Shown: positions 1-7,382 of the stretch, in pieces
Position numbering within the stretch: the stretch's first letter is position 1
Layout: every line of letters begins with the position of its first letter
DNA from: Microcystaceae cyanobacterium
GTDB lineage: Bacteria; Cyanobacteriota; Cyanobacteriia; Cyanobacteriales; Microcystaceae
NCBI GenBank assembly: GCA_041746575.1
Contig: JBGTGT010000081.1
Location: forward strand, 1 to 11,038
Length of the DNA: 11,038 nt
Direction: 5' to 3'
Position numbers and translations under genes: made by a program
The notes under the pieces: generated by a model
The model's input: only the letters and a program-made list of their open reading frames with translations
What the model was told of the DNA's origin: nothing
Database searches by the model: none

Positions 1-94
1 GAAACTTTTCAATCGTCAAAAGGCTATTTCGCTTTTTCTTTGATTACCAACTTTTCAAGATTCCTAATTTCGCCAAGTACGATGCTTTTGTTCA

Positions 95-114
95 ATTCAT
101 TTAGACTTGCTATA
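95..114. repeat. Short dispersed motif ATTCATTTAGACTT(GCTATA), possible degenerate IS630/MITE-type terminus
   Basis: 14-bp exact copy at 95-108 and 263-276; 11-bp core TCATTTAGACT again at 5769-5779; 8-bp TTAGACTT at 145-152. The 95-114 copy ends in GCTATA, resembling TA-targeting IS630-family ends as I recall them. Confidence 0.45.
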
Positions 115-158
115 TATTCAGTGTCAAAGCTATCAAAACAAGTATTAGACTTTATGTA

Positions 159-166
159 GCGATCGC
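159..166. repeat. HIP1 octamer GCGATCGC
   Basis: Exact palindrome; further copies at 4675-4682 and 9302-9309. Typical cyanobacterial signature. Confidence 0.9.
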
Positions 167-181
167 AATCATACCTTACAG

Positions 182-232
182 CTTACTGCGAATGCTGGTC
201 TAAAACAAGCAGGATTACCCAAAGCATTTTAA
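182..232 (+). pseudogene. 3' remnant of a HicA-family toxin gene
   Basis: Translates to LTANAGLKQAGLPKAF*, close to the HicA subfamily C-terminus I recall (..HTANAVLKQAGLxKAF*). In-frame TAG at 146-148 and no ATG/GTG/TTG after it, so the 5' part is missing. Confidence 0.7.
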
Positions 233-277
233 GTTATGATCAAAAGAAAGTTTAATACTGTTATTCATTTAGACTTA

Positions 278-686
278 TTAGAGTAATTTAGATTTTTTAG
301 GTCTTCCTCCTTTTTGACCATTCTCTCTCGCTGCTTTGACTTTTGATTCGGAAGTAGCTGAACCTCCTTTACTCCCTATTTGAGACATCAAAGTTTTTGG
401 GACAAATATTCTGAGGAATAAAGCAGGAATACTTCAATCTACATTTAATTCTTCCCAATGCAAACCTTCTCTTGATGGTGTAATTTCTATATCTGCGATT
501 GCTTGTTCGTCTGTACCGGCTAATTCTTGAACTAAATCTGGCGCAAACAAAAAGCTACTTCCATTTCTAAGATTGAGCAAAATTTTCTTCTGAACGAGGT
601 TCTAGGGAGTCAATTAAGGTTGCCGCTTCCCTTACTTTAGCAATTTGTTCCTGACTTATTGTGTCTTTTAAATTAAGGGATTCCAC
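278..686 (-). pseudogene. DUF2442-domain (DhiA-like) antitoxin pseudogene
   Basis: GTG at 686 gives MESLNLKDTISQEQIAKVREAATLIDSLEPRS; this frame stops at TAG 569-567. After a shift near 592 it reads QKKILLNLRNGSSFLFAPDLVQELAGTDEQAIADIEITPSREGLHWEELNVD*SIPALFLRIFVPKTLMSQIGSKGGSATSESKVKAARENGQKGGRPKKSKLL*. Internal TGA at 436-434, final TAA at 280-278. The GLHWEELxxD and ARENGxKGGRP motifs fit the long DUF2442 form. Confidence 0.85.
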
Positions 687-714
687 GAATTTCTCTCCAT
701 TTTTTTAAGAGGAA
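673..714 (-). pseudogene. C-terminal remnant of a DUF4160 (DhiT-like) toxin gene
   Basis: Reads FLLKKWREIRGIP*, resembling the DUF4160 end (..LLxKWREIHG). It overlaps the DUF2442 start codon as expected for a coupled TA pair. The frame is closed just upstream by TAA at 723-721. Confidence 0.6.
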
Positions 715-1640
715 TGGGTGTCTTTATTGCTGAGTTTATTAGCAGTTTTGGTCGATTTTAGATGACGCTTAACTATAGCACCTGCACCGAGAATACCAAG
801 ACCAATTATAGGGAAAGTTGAGGAAGATTCAGGAACGCTAACGTAACTAACCACAAATTGATTCTGTTGAGGAGGTGTAGGTGTAAAATTACCAACATTT
901 ACTAATTTACTTGTAAGAGCCCACTCACCCTCACCTCTTCTTAAATTACAGGTTAATTTATTTAAAAAAGATTCATAATCAGGAACATTAGGATCAGGAT
1001 CAAAAAGATTAACAAAGAAAGTTTCATAGGTGATTGTTCTAGGATTCCCTTTAGCAAAACATTTATCTCCCGGCTTTGGACGTGGATTTGGAGGTTCTAT
1101 TGCTGTTAAATTAATATCATTAACTGTCACTGAGCCACTATTCAAAACTAAACTGATTTTATTATCTAAAATGTGCGTGTCATATACATTATATACACCA
1201 TCCAAAAGAACTGTATTAGAACCAATTGATAGAGAGCTATCAATATCTACTGTTATTCCTGTTTTACTTTCTCCTGAAAACTGAGCAGTGCCACTACTAT
1301 TCCACTGTTCTCCCTTGTAAGCTCCTTGACTTGTCCAGTTTATCAATCCTGTGTCATTATAATTAGAGAAATCACCTAAATAGTTAACATTTAAGGGTTG
1401 ATCTAGATAGGTACCATTAACCTGACCTTTCCATGTAGAATCATCTAGAGTAAAAGTAAACTCGTTTTCTGTAAAATCAACTCCAAAAATTTCTCCGAAA
1501 GCAAAATAATCAAAATCTTGAATGGTGGATTGAAGTAACCCATTAGCAATATCTGGACTTAAATCAGCACTTAAAACTGGAAATGCTGTAGTTATTAAGC
1601 CAAATCCCATGATTGATAAGATATTAAGTCGTTTTTTCAT
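705..1640 (-). CDS. PEP-CTERM-like sorting-domain secreted/surface protein (311 aa)
   Basis: Signal peptide MKKRLNILSIMGFGLITTAFPVLSA. C-terminal VPES (836-825) followed by hydrophobic FPIIGLGILGAGAIV and basic KRHLK. Body rich in Ser/Thr/Asn/Gly. Confidence 0.85.
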   Translation of the reverse strand: MKKRLNILSIMGFGLITTAFPVLSADLSPDIANGLLQSTIQDFDYFAFGEIFGVDFTENEFTFTLDDSTWKGQVNGTYLDQPLNVNYLGDFSNYNDTGLINWTSQGAYKGEQWNSSGTAQFSGESKTGITVDIDSSLSIGSNTVLLDGVYNVYDTHILDNKISLVLNSGSVTVNDINLTAIEPPNPRPKPGDKCFAKGNPRTITYETFFVNLFDPDPNVPDYESFLNKLTCNLRRGEGEWALTSKLVNVGNFTPTPPQQNQFVVSYVSVPESSSTFPIIGLGILGAGAIVKRHLKSTKTANKLSNKDTHSS

Positions 1641-1886
1641 GGCGTTTTCTAGTAGTTAGTAGGACACAATTTAGTCAAGGAGAATTTCTCTGTTTTTCTC
1701 TTCTATTAATTACTCAAAAGAATTAATCCACTTTGTGACACCTGACCCCAAAACCTTTACAAAACTCAACATAAACCCCAATATTCTTGTTTCCAGTGGC
1801 AACCTTCATCCTTTGAAACGTGAAACCTAATCCTATCCCCTTGTCTTATCATTAAAAAGAGTAAACCTATCACCCCTAAGACAATC

Positions 1887-4772
1887 GTGACAGAAGCGAA
1901 AAGTTACAAAGACACCGTAAACCTTCCTCAGACAAAGTTTGATATGCGCGCCAATGCGGTGAAGCGTGAACCTGAAATTCAACAGTTTTGGGCAGAACAA
2001 GAGATATACGAACATCTTTCTCAAAATAATCCTAATGACTTATTTATTCTCCATGATGGACCCCCTTACGCCAACGGAACGCTACACATGGGTCATGCTT
2101 TGAATAAAATTCTCAAAGATATTATTAATAAATATAAATTACTACAAGGGTATAAAGTACGCTATGTCCCAGGATGGGATTGTCATGGACTTCCCATTGA
2201 GTTGAAAGTCTTACAAAGCATGAAACAAAAAGAGAGGGAAGATTTAACGCCTTTAAAATTGCGTCATAAAGCGCGAGATTTCGCAATCAAAACACAACAG
2301 GAGCAAGCAGAAGGGTTTAAACGTTATGGCATTTGGGGAGACTGGGAACATCCCTATTTAACCTTAACCCCTGAATATGAAGCGGCACAAATTGGCGTAT
2401 TTGGACAAATGGCCTTAAAAGGATATATTTATCGAGGTTTAAAACCTGTTCATTGGAGTCCTAGTTCCCAAACCGCCTTAGCAGAAGCAGAATTAGAGTA
2501 TCCTGAAGGTCACACTTCCCGTAGTATCTTTGCTGCCTTTCCGGTGATCAAAGCTTCTGATGGGGCAAAAACAGTCTTAAATCCTTATTTAGACAGATTA
2601 GGCGTTGCTATTTGGACAACAACCCCGTGGACGCTTCCGGGAAACCTTGCAGTTGCTCTTAATCCTGATTTGAACTACTCTGTAGTAGAAGTAGAACAGG
2701 CTTCTAGCTTGGGTAACTATAAATATCTCATCGTAGCAACAGATTTAGTAGAACGACTGTCTGAAACCTTTGACACTTCTCTGACGATCAAAGCTACGAT
2801 TAAAGGGAAAGATTTGGAACATACACGCTATCAACATCCCTTATTTGACAGGGAAAGTGAGATGGTCATCGGTGGAGACTATGTTACCACAGAATCTGGC
2901 ACAGGATTGGTTCATACGGCACCAGGGCATGGACAAGAAGACTATATCGTCGGTCAAAGATATGGTCTTTCTATCTTATCGCCTGTGGATGCCAAAGGAA
3001 ACTTTACCGAAGAAGCCGGACAATTTGCCGGATTAAACGTGCTTAAGGATGCCAATGAAGCGATTATCCAAGCATTAAGTGACAAAGGCGCATTACTTAA
3101 AGAAGAACCCTATCAGCACAAATATCCCTATGATTGGCGTACAAAGAAACCGACGATTTTCCGCGCCACAGAACAATGGTTTGCATCGGTAGAAGGATTC
3201 AGAGATGCTGCTTTAAGCGCAATTAAAGCGGTTAATTGGATACCGGCACAAGGAGAAAACCGTATCACCCCCATGGTAGCTGATCGCTCGGATTGGTGCA
3301 TTTCTCGCCAACGAAATTGGGGTGTTCCTATCCCCGTCTTTTATGATGAGGAAACGAATGAACCCTTGTTAACAGAAGAGACAATTAATTATGTTCAAGG
3401 GATTATTGCTGAGAAAGGATCAGACGCTTGGTGGAAATTAAGTGCAGAAGACCTATTACCTGAATCTTATCGTAATAACGGACGAAAATATCGTAAAGGA
3501 ACAGACACAATGGATGTCTGGTTTGATTCAGGTTCATCTTGGGCTGCCGTTGCTAAGAGCCGACCTGAGTTAAAATATCCTGTGGATATGTATTTGGAAG
3601 GATCGGATCAACACAGAGGTTGGTTTCAATCGAGTTTATTAACCAGTGTTGCGGCTAATGGTATTGCACCTTATAAAACGGTGTTAACGCATGGCTTTGT
3701 CTTAGACGAAAAAGGACATAAAATGAGTAAATCGTTGGGGAATATTGTTGACCCTAATGTGTTGATTAATGGGGGGAAAAATCAACAAAAAGAACCGGCT
3801 TACGGTGCAGATATTCTCAGATTATGGGTATCCTCTGTTGACTATTCTTCGGATGTTCTCATTGGTCAAACGATTCTTAAGCAATTAGTGGACGTTCGCA
3901 ATAAAATTCGCAATACGGCACGCTTTTTGTTGGGGAATTTACATGATTTTAATCCCGAAACTGATACGGTAGTTTATGCAGATTTACCCGAATTAGATCG
4001 TTATATGTTGCATCGTATCACCGAAGTTTTTAGCGAAATCACCAAAGCGTTTGAAAACTTTGAATTTTTTAAATTTTTTCAAATGGTACAGAATTTCTGT
4101 GTCGTTGATTTATCTAATTTCTACTTAGATATTGCCAAGGATAGACTGTATATTTCCGCTGAAAATGCCTTGCGTCGTCGCAGTTGTCAAACGGTGTTAA
4201 AAGTTGCAGTGGAAAACTTAGCGAAATCTATTGCACCTGTCTTATCTCATTTAGCAGAAGATATTTGGCAATTTTTACCTTATGAAACGGAATATAAATC
4301 CGTCTTTCAGTCAGGATGGGTAAGTCTTAAACCTCAATGGGAGAATGCTGAGTTAGGAAAAAAATGGACACAGTTTCGTCAAATTCGTACCGAAGTCAAT
4401 AAAGTAATGGAATTAGCGCGGAATGAAAAAATGATCGGCGCATCCTTAGAAGCAAAAGTGTTTTTATCCGTTTTCAATGAGGACTTAAAGCAACAACTAA
4501 GCAACTTTAATCCAACGGATACTTTAAGCAGCAATGGCGTAGATGAATTACGTTATTGGGTGTTAGCATCTCAATTGGAATTAGTAGATAGTTTGGCTAA
4601 AATTAAGTCTGCTAATTATCAATCTGAGACAGAATTAGTATCAGTCGGAATTGCCAAAGCAGAGGGTGAGAAATGCGATCGCTGTTGGAATTATTCAACC
4701 CATGTCGGAGAATTTAAGGATAATCCGACCCTTTGCGAACGCTGTGATTCTGCTTTAAAAGGAGCGTTTTAG
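1887..4772 (+). CDS. ileS: Isoleucine--tRNA ligase (type 1)
   Basis: GTG start; DGPPYANG..HMGH (HIGH motif, 2085-2096), GWDCHGLPIE, WTTTPWTLP, GTGLVHTAPGHG editing domain, WCISRQR, KMSKS (3720-3734), C-terminal zinc finger CDRC..CERC. Confidence 0.99.
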   Translation: MTEAKSYKDTVNLPQTKFDMRANAVKREPEIQQFWAEQEIYEHLSQNNPNDLFILHDGPPYANGTLHMGHALNKILKDIINKYKLLQGYKVRYVPGWDCHGLPIELKVLQSMKQKEREDLTPLKLRHKARDFAIKTQQEQAEGFKRYGIWGDWEHPYLTLTPEYEAAQIGVFGQMALKGYIYRGLKPVHWSPSSQTALAEAELEYPEGHTSRSIFAAFPVIKASDGAKTVLNPYLDRLGVAIWTTTPWTLPGNLAVALNPDLNYSVVEVEQASSLGNYKYLIVATDLVERLSETFDTSLTIKATIKGKDLEHTRYQHPLFDRESEMVIGGDYVTTESGTGLVHTAPGHGQEDYIVGQRYGLSILSPVDAKGNFTEEAGQFAGLNVLKDANEAIIQALSDKGALLKEEPYQHKYPYDWRTKKPTIFRATEQWFASVEGFRDAALSAIKAVNWIPAQGENRITPMVADRSDWCISRQRNWGVPIPVFYDEETNEPLLTEETINYVQGIIAEKGSDAWWKLSAEDLLPESYRNNGRKYRKGTDTMDVWFDSGSSWAAVAKSRPELKYPVDMYLEGSDQHRGWFQSSLLTSVAANGIAPYKTVLTHGFVLDEKGHKMSKSLGNIVDPNVLINGGKNQQKEPAYGADILRLWVSSVDYSSDVLIGQTILKQLVDVRNKIRNTARFLLGNLHDFNPETDTVVYADLPELDRYMLHRITEVFSEITKAFENFEFFKFFQMVQNFCVVDLSNFYLDIAKDRLYISAENALRRRSCQTVLKVAVENLAKSIAPVLSHLAEDIWQFLPYETEYKSVFQSGWVSLKPQWENAELGKKWTQFRQIRTEVNKVMELARNEKMIGASLEAKVFLSVFNEDLKQQLSNFNPTDTLSSNGVDELRYWVLASQLELVDSLAKIKSANYQSETELVSVGIAKAEGEKCDRCWNYSTHVGEFKDNPTLCERCDSALKGAF

Positions 4773-4791
4773 ACGGTATTAAGATGAAGTA

Positions 4792-4821
4792 AGAGAATTA
4801 GGCTAAAAATTCTAGTTCTCT
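4792..4821. terminator. Hairpin between convergent ileS and larB, candidate terminator
   Basis: AGAGAATTAG (4792-4801) pairs with CTAGTTCTCT (4812-4821): 10 bp with one G-U and a 10-nt loop, about 20 nt after the ileS stop. No strong U-tract. Confidence 0.5.
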
Positions 4822-4897
4822 GTCTTCTCAAACAAGAAAATTGGTATTATTTTATGTTGCTTTCTATAATTAACCAAAATGAGAGATCAACTTTAAT

Positions 4898-5695
4898 TTA
4901 ATTTTTGTCATCTGTTTCTAAACTGTGTTGTTTAATTCTATGAGCCGTTCGTAAAATTTGTCCTGCCACAATCGCCGCACCAAACCCATTATCAATATTG
5001 ACGACAGACACCCCTGCCGCACAGGAATTCAACATCGTTAACAAGGGTGCAACCCCGCCAAAGCTCACCCCATATCCGATACTGGTGGGAACACCAATAA
5101 CAGGACAATCTGCAATCCCTGCCACGACGCTAGGTAATGCGCCTTCCATCCCTGCCACCACTATTAAAACATCCGCCTCAGCAATCAGATGACGATGACT
5201 GAGAAGGCGATGAATCCCTGCCACTCCCACATCCCAGAGACGTTGCACCTTAAACCCGCATAATTCAGCCGTTACGGCCGCTTCTTCAGCCACGGGCAGA
5301 TCGGCAGTCCCCGCCGTTAGAAGGGTGATTTTGCCCCAAAAAGGCGGATTTAGCTCTCCTGACTTCAGCGCACAAATCCGAGCAACAGGATAATAGATTA
5401 AATAAGGAATCTGAGATTGTAATTCTTCAGCAACCGATGCTTCAATTCGTGTAGCCATGACAACAGATGATTTTTCTCGCATAGCAGTCATAATCTGGGC
5501 AATCTGTGCTGTTGTTTTGCCTAATCCCCAAATCACTTCAGGAAAACCCGTTCTTAGATGGCGATGATGGTCGATTTTCGCAAACTCATCAACAGACTCA
5601 AAACTCAAATCTTTAAGGGTTTCTAGGGCAATTTCGGGGGTGATAATGCCATTGGCGACGTTTTGTAACAGTTGCTGTAATTTTTCTGGATTCAT
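4898..5695 (-). CDS. larB: Nickel pincer cofactor biosynthesis protein LarB / circadian phase modifier CpmA homolog (PurE-like fold)
   Basis: Motifs AKIDHHRxLRTGFPEVIWG.GKT, TAGTADLPVAEEA, DVGVAGIHRL, VAGMEGALPSVV, VPTSIGYG, MLNSCA.GV.VVNIDNGFGAA. Confidence 0.95.
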   Translation of the reverse strand: MNPEKLQQLLQNVANGIITPEIALETLKDLSFESVDEFAKIDHHRHLRTGFPEVIWGLGKTTAQIAQIMTAMREKSSVVMATRIEASVAEELQSQIPYLIYYPVARICALKSGELNPPFWGKITLLTAGTADLPVAEEAAVTAELCGFKVQRLWDVGVAGIHRLLSHRHLIAEADVLIVVAGMEGALPSVVAGIADCPVIGVPTSIGYGVSFGGVAPLLTMLNSCAAGVSVVNIDNGFGAAIVAGQILRTAHRIKQHSLETDDKN

Positions 5696-5784
5696 TATTA
5701 ATTAATCACGCTTATCCTAATATAACGAATCTATTGGCATGATGAAGAAAAAAAATTACTGTCACCACTCATTTAGACTGCCTT

Positions 5785-5790
5785 TATAAT
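5785..5790 (+). promoter_or_regulatory. Candidate -10 element for trpC
   Basis: Perfect TATAAT 31 nt upstream of the trpC ATG; no clear -35. Confidence 0.4.
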
Positions 5791-5821
5791 TAAATAGTGA
5801 TTACTCTTTACCGATTACATA

Positions 5822-6703
5822 ATGCAAATCCGAAGACGACCCCCCAATCCTCCTGTTAATGTTGATAAACTGCAATACCAAATTAAAGTCCCCAACGCTG
5901 AACCTCGCCATATTTTAGAGGAAATTGTTTGGCATAAAGAAAAGGAAGTCGAAAAATTTCGAGAAAAACTGCCTCTTTTAGACTTACAAAAAAAGGTCTT
6001 AACTTTACCACCTACCCTCGACTTTTTAGAGGCTTTAATACAAGGAAAAACGAAACCTGCTTTGATTGCAGAAGTTAAAAAAGCGAGTCCTAGTAAAGGA
6101 ATTATTCGAGAAGATTTTGATCCTGTTAAAATTGCCCAAGCGTATACAGAAAATGGAGCAAGTTGTCTTTCCGTTTTGACAGATGAAAAGTTTTTTCAGG
6201 GCAGTTTTCATAATTTATCCCTTGTCAGACAAACGGTTAATATTCCTTTGTTGTGTAAAGAGTTTATTATCTATCCCTATCAGATTTATTTTGCCCGTTG
6301 TCAGGGCGCAGATGCCATTCTGTTAATTGCCGCTATTTTACCGGATAAAGATTTACAGTATTTTCTAAAAATTGCCCAAAAACTAAATTTAACTGCCTTA
6401 ATTGAAGTTCATACCCTCGCAGAATTAGACCGAGTTCTCCAATTGGATGGAGTGAATTTGATCGGCATTAATAATCGTAATTTAGAGGATTTTAGTGTTG
6501 ATTTACAAACGACTTGTGATTTATTAAAAGTTAGAGGAGAAATAATTCATCAAAGAGATATCTTAATTGTCAGCGAATCAGGAATTCACCATAAAGAAGA
6601 TTTGAATATCTTACAAAAAGCAGGTACAAATGCAGTCTTGATTGGCGAATCTTTAGTTAAACAACCTGACCCCGGTCAAGGCATTCGCAATTTATTTCAA
6701 TAA
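5822..6703 (+). CDS. trpC: Indole-3-glycerol-phosphate synthase
   Basis: [51 protein letters not shown]; cyanobacterial-type N-terminus [10 protein letters not shown]. Confidence 0.98.
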   Translation: MQIRRRPPNPPVNVDKLQYQIKVPNAEPRHILEEIVWHKEKEVEKFREKLPLLDLQKKVLTLPPTLDFLEALIQGKTKPALIAEVKKASPSKGIIREDFDPVKIAQAYTENGASCLSVLTDEKFFQGSFHNLSLVRQTVNIPLLCKEFIIYPYQIYFARCQGADAILLIAAILPDKDLQYFLKIAQKLNLTALIEVHTLAELDRVLQLDGVNLIGINNRNLEDFSVDLQTTCDLLKVRGEIIHQRDILIVSESGIHHKEDLNILQKAGTNAVLIGESLVKQPDPGQGIRNLFQ

Positions 6704-6766
6704 TAGCTAGTTTTAAGGATTTGTCAAAACTTAAGGTGTCTATGATTTAAAAAAGGGAGAACTAAA

Positions 6767-7204
6767 GTGAATTGCCTTTCGATTACTCGATTAAAACTTA
6801 AATCGTTTGCTCACTTAATTCCTTACCTAAAATACAATCAAAAAATTATCCAACAAATTTAAATATCTAAGGAATTTTTAAAAGGAAAACTTCTGCTCAC
6901 TCCTAATTTATTTTTATGGACAGTTAGCTTGTGGGATTCAGAAAAGTCTCTGTATCGTTTTTATTAGAGAGGTCAACATCGAGAGACAATGCCAATGTTG
7001 TCTCAATTTTCTTGTGAAGCGGCTACAGGGCATCAAAACGTTGAAAAAGATGATTTACCTTCGGGGTCAGATATTCAGCAAAAATTAGTAGATTGGGGTC
7101 ATTTTACGCCTCTAGAAACGCCTTCAGATAACCACAAAAATCAGATCATTCCTAAACCTCAATTTACCCTTTTAACTCGATCGCTGATGCCTCAAAAAAT
7201 TTAA
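6767..7204 (+). pseudogene. DUF3291-like (dimeric alpha-beta barrel) protein pseudogene with two in-frame stops
   Basis: GGGAG RBS at 6755-6759 and GTG at 6767. One frame reads MNCLSITRLKLKSFAHLIPYLKYNQKIIQQI*ISKEFLKGKLLLTPNLFLWTVSLWDSEKSLYRFY*RGQHRETMPMLSQFSCEAA...QKI*. Stops are TAA 6860-6862 and TAG 6965-6967. The listed ORF 6989..7204 is its 3' half. SITRL, GKLL, WTVxLW, GxHRxxMP and CEAA match the DUF3291 pattern I recall. Confidence 0.8.
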
Positions 7205-7382
7205 AGCCGAATTTGTTAAAGAATCTTGAAAGTTCGTTGCATAGGTCAATATTTGTTTACGATCCTTAATCTTTTTTCTTCAAGGCATTACAAGAAGTTG
7301 CAGAATGTGCGGAAGCTTACCAAAAATGCGCTACGTTTCTAAGGAGAGACACCTAACTACACAACGAAGAGGAAATAATAAT

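Noticed and set aside
1..183. Start-less open frames on both strands (+ ETFQSSKGYF..DFM*; - AVRYDCDRY..EKAK*)
   Set aside because: No recognisable family. The + frame could be the end of a gene entering from outside the window, but I cannot support that.
95..276. CRISPR array or integron attC sites
   Set aside because: Only two full 14-bp copies, irregular spacing, no attC-like hairpin, and no cas or integrase gene in the window.
1030..1284. 84-aa + strand ORF
   Set aside because: Antisense shadow of the PEP-CTERM gene with no recognisable motif.
1641..1886. T-box leader for ileS, or an extra CAAD domain or intein in IleRS
   Set aside because: No T-box consensus or terminator seen; IleRS length and motif spacing are ordinary.
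1833..2024. 63-aa - strand ORF
   Set aside because: Antisense to the ileS 5' end; no family features.
2845..3036. 63-aa alternate-frame ORF inside ileS
   Set aside because: Nested in a conserved gene with no independent support.
4998..5192. 64-aa + strand ORF
   Set aside because: Antisense shadow of larB.
6989..7204. 71-aa ORF as an independent small protein
   Set aside because: Better explained as the 3' half of the interrupted gene starting at 6767.
7305..7382. 26-codon N-terminal extension of the EF-G paralog
   Set aside because: ATG 7383 has an SD-like GAGG and gives a typical distance to the G1 motif; the extension does not look like EF-G.
7205..7382. Possible riboswitch (e.g. glutamine/glnA type) or peptide FFKALQEVAECAEAYQKCATFLRRDT upstream of the EF-G paralog
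   Set aside because: I could not build the conserved stems; the peptide frame has TAA at 7267-7269 and no start codon.
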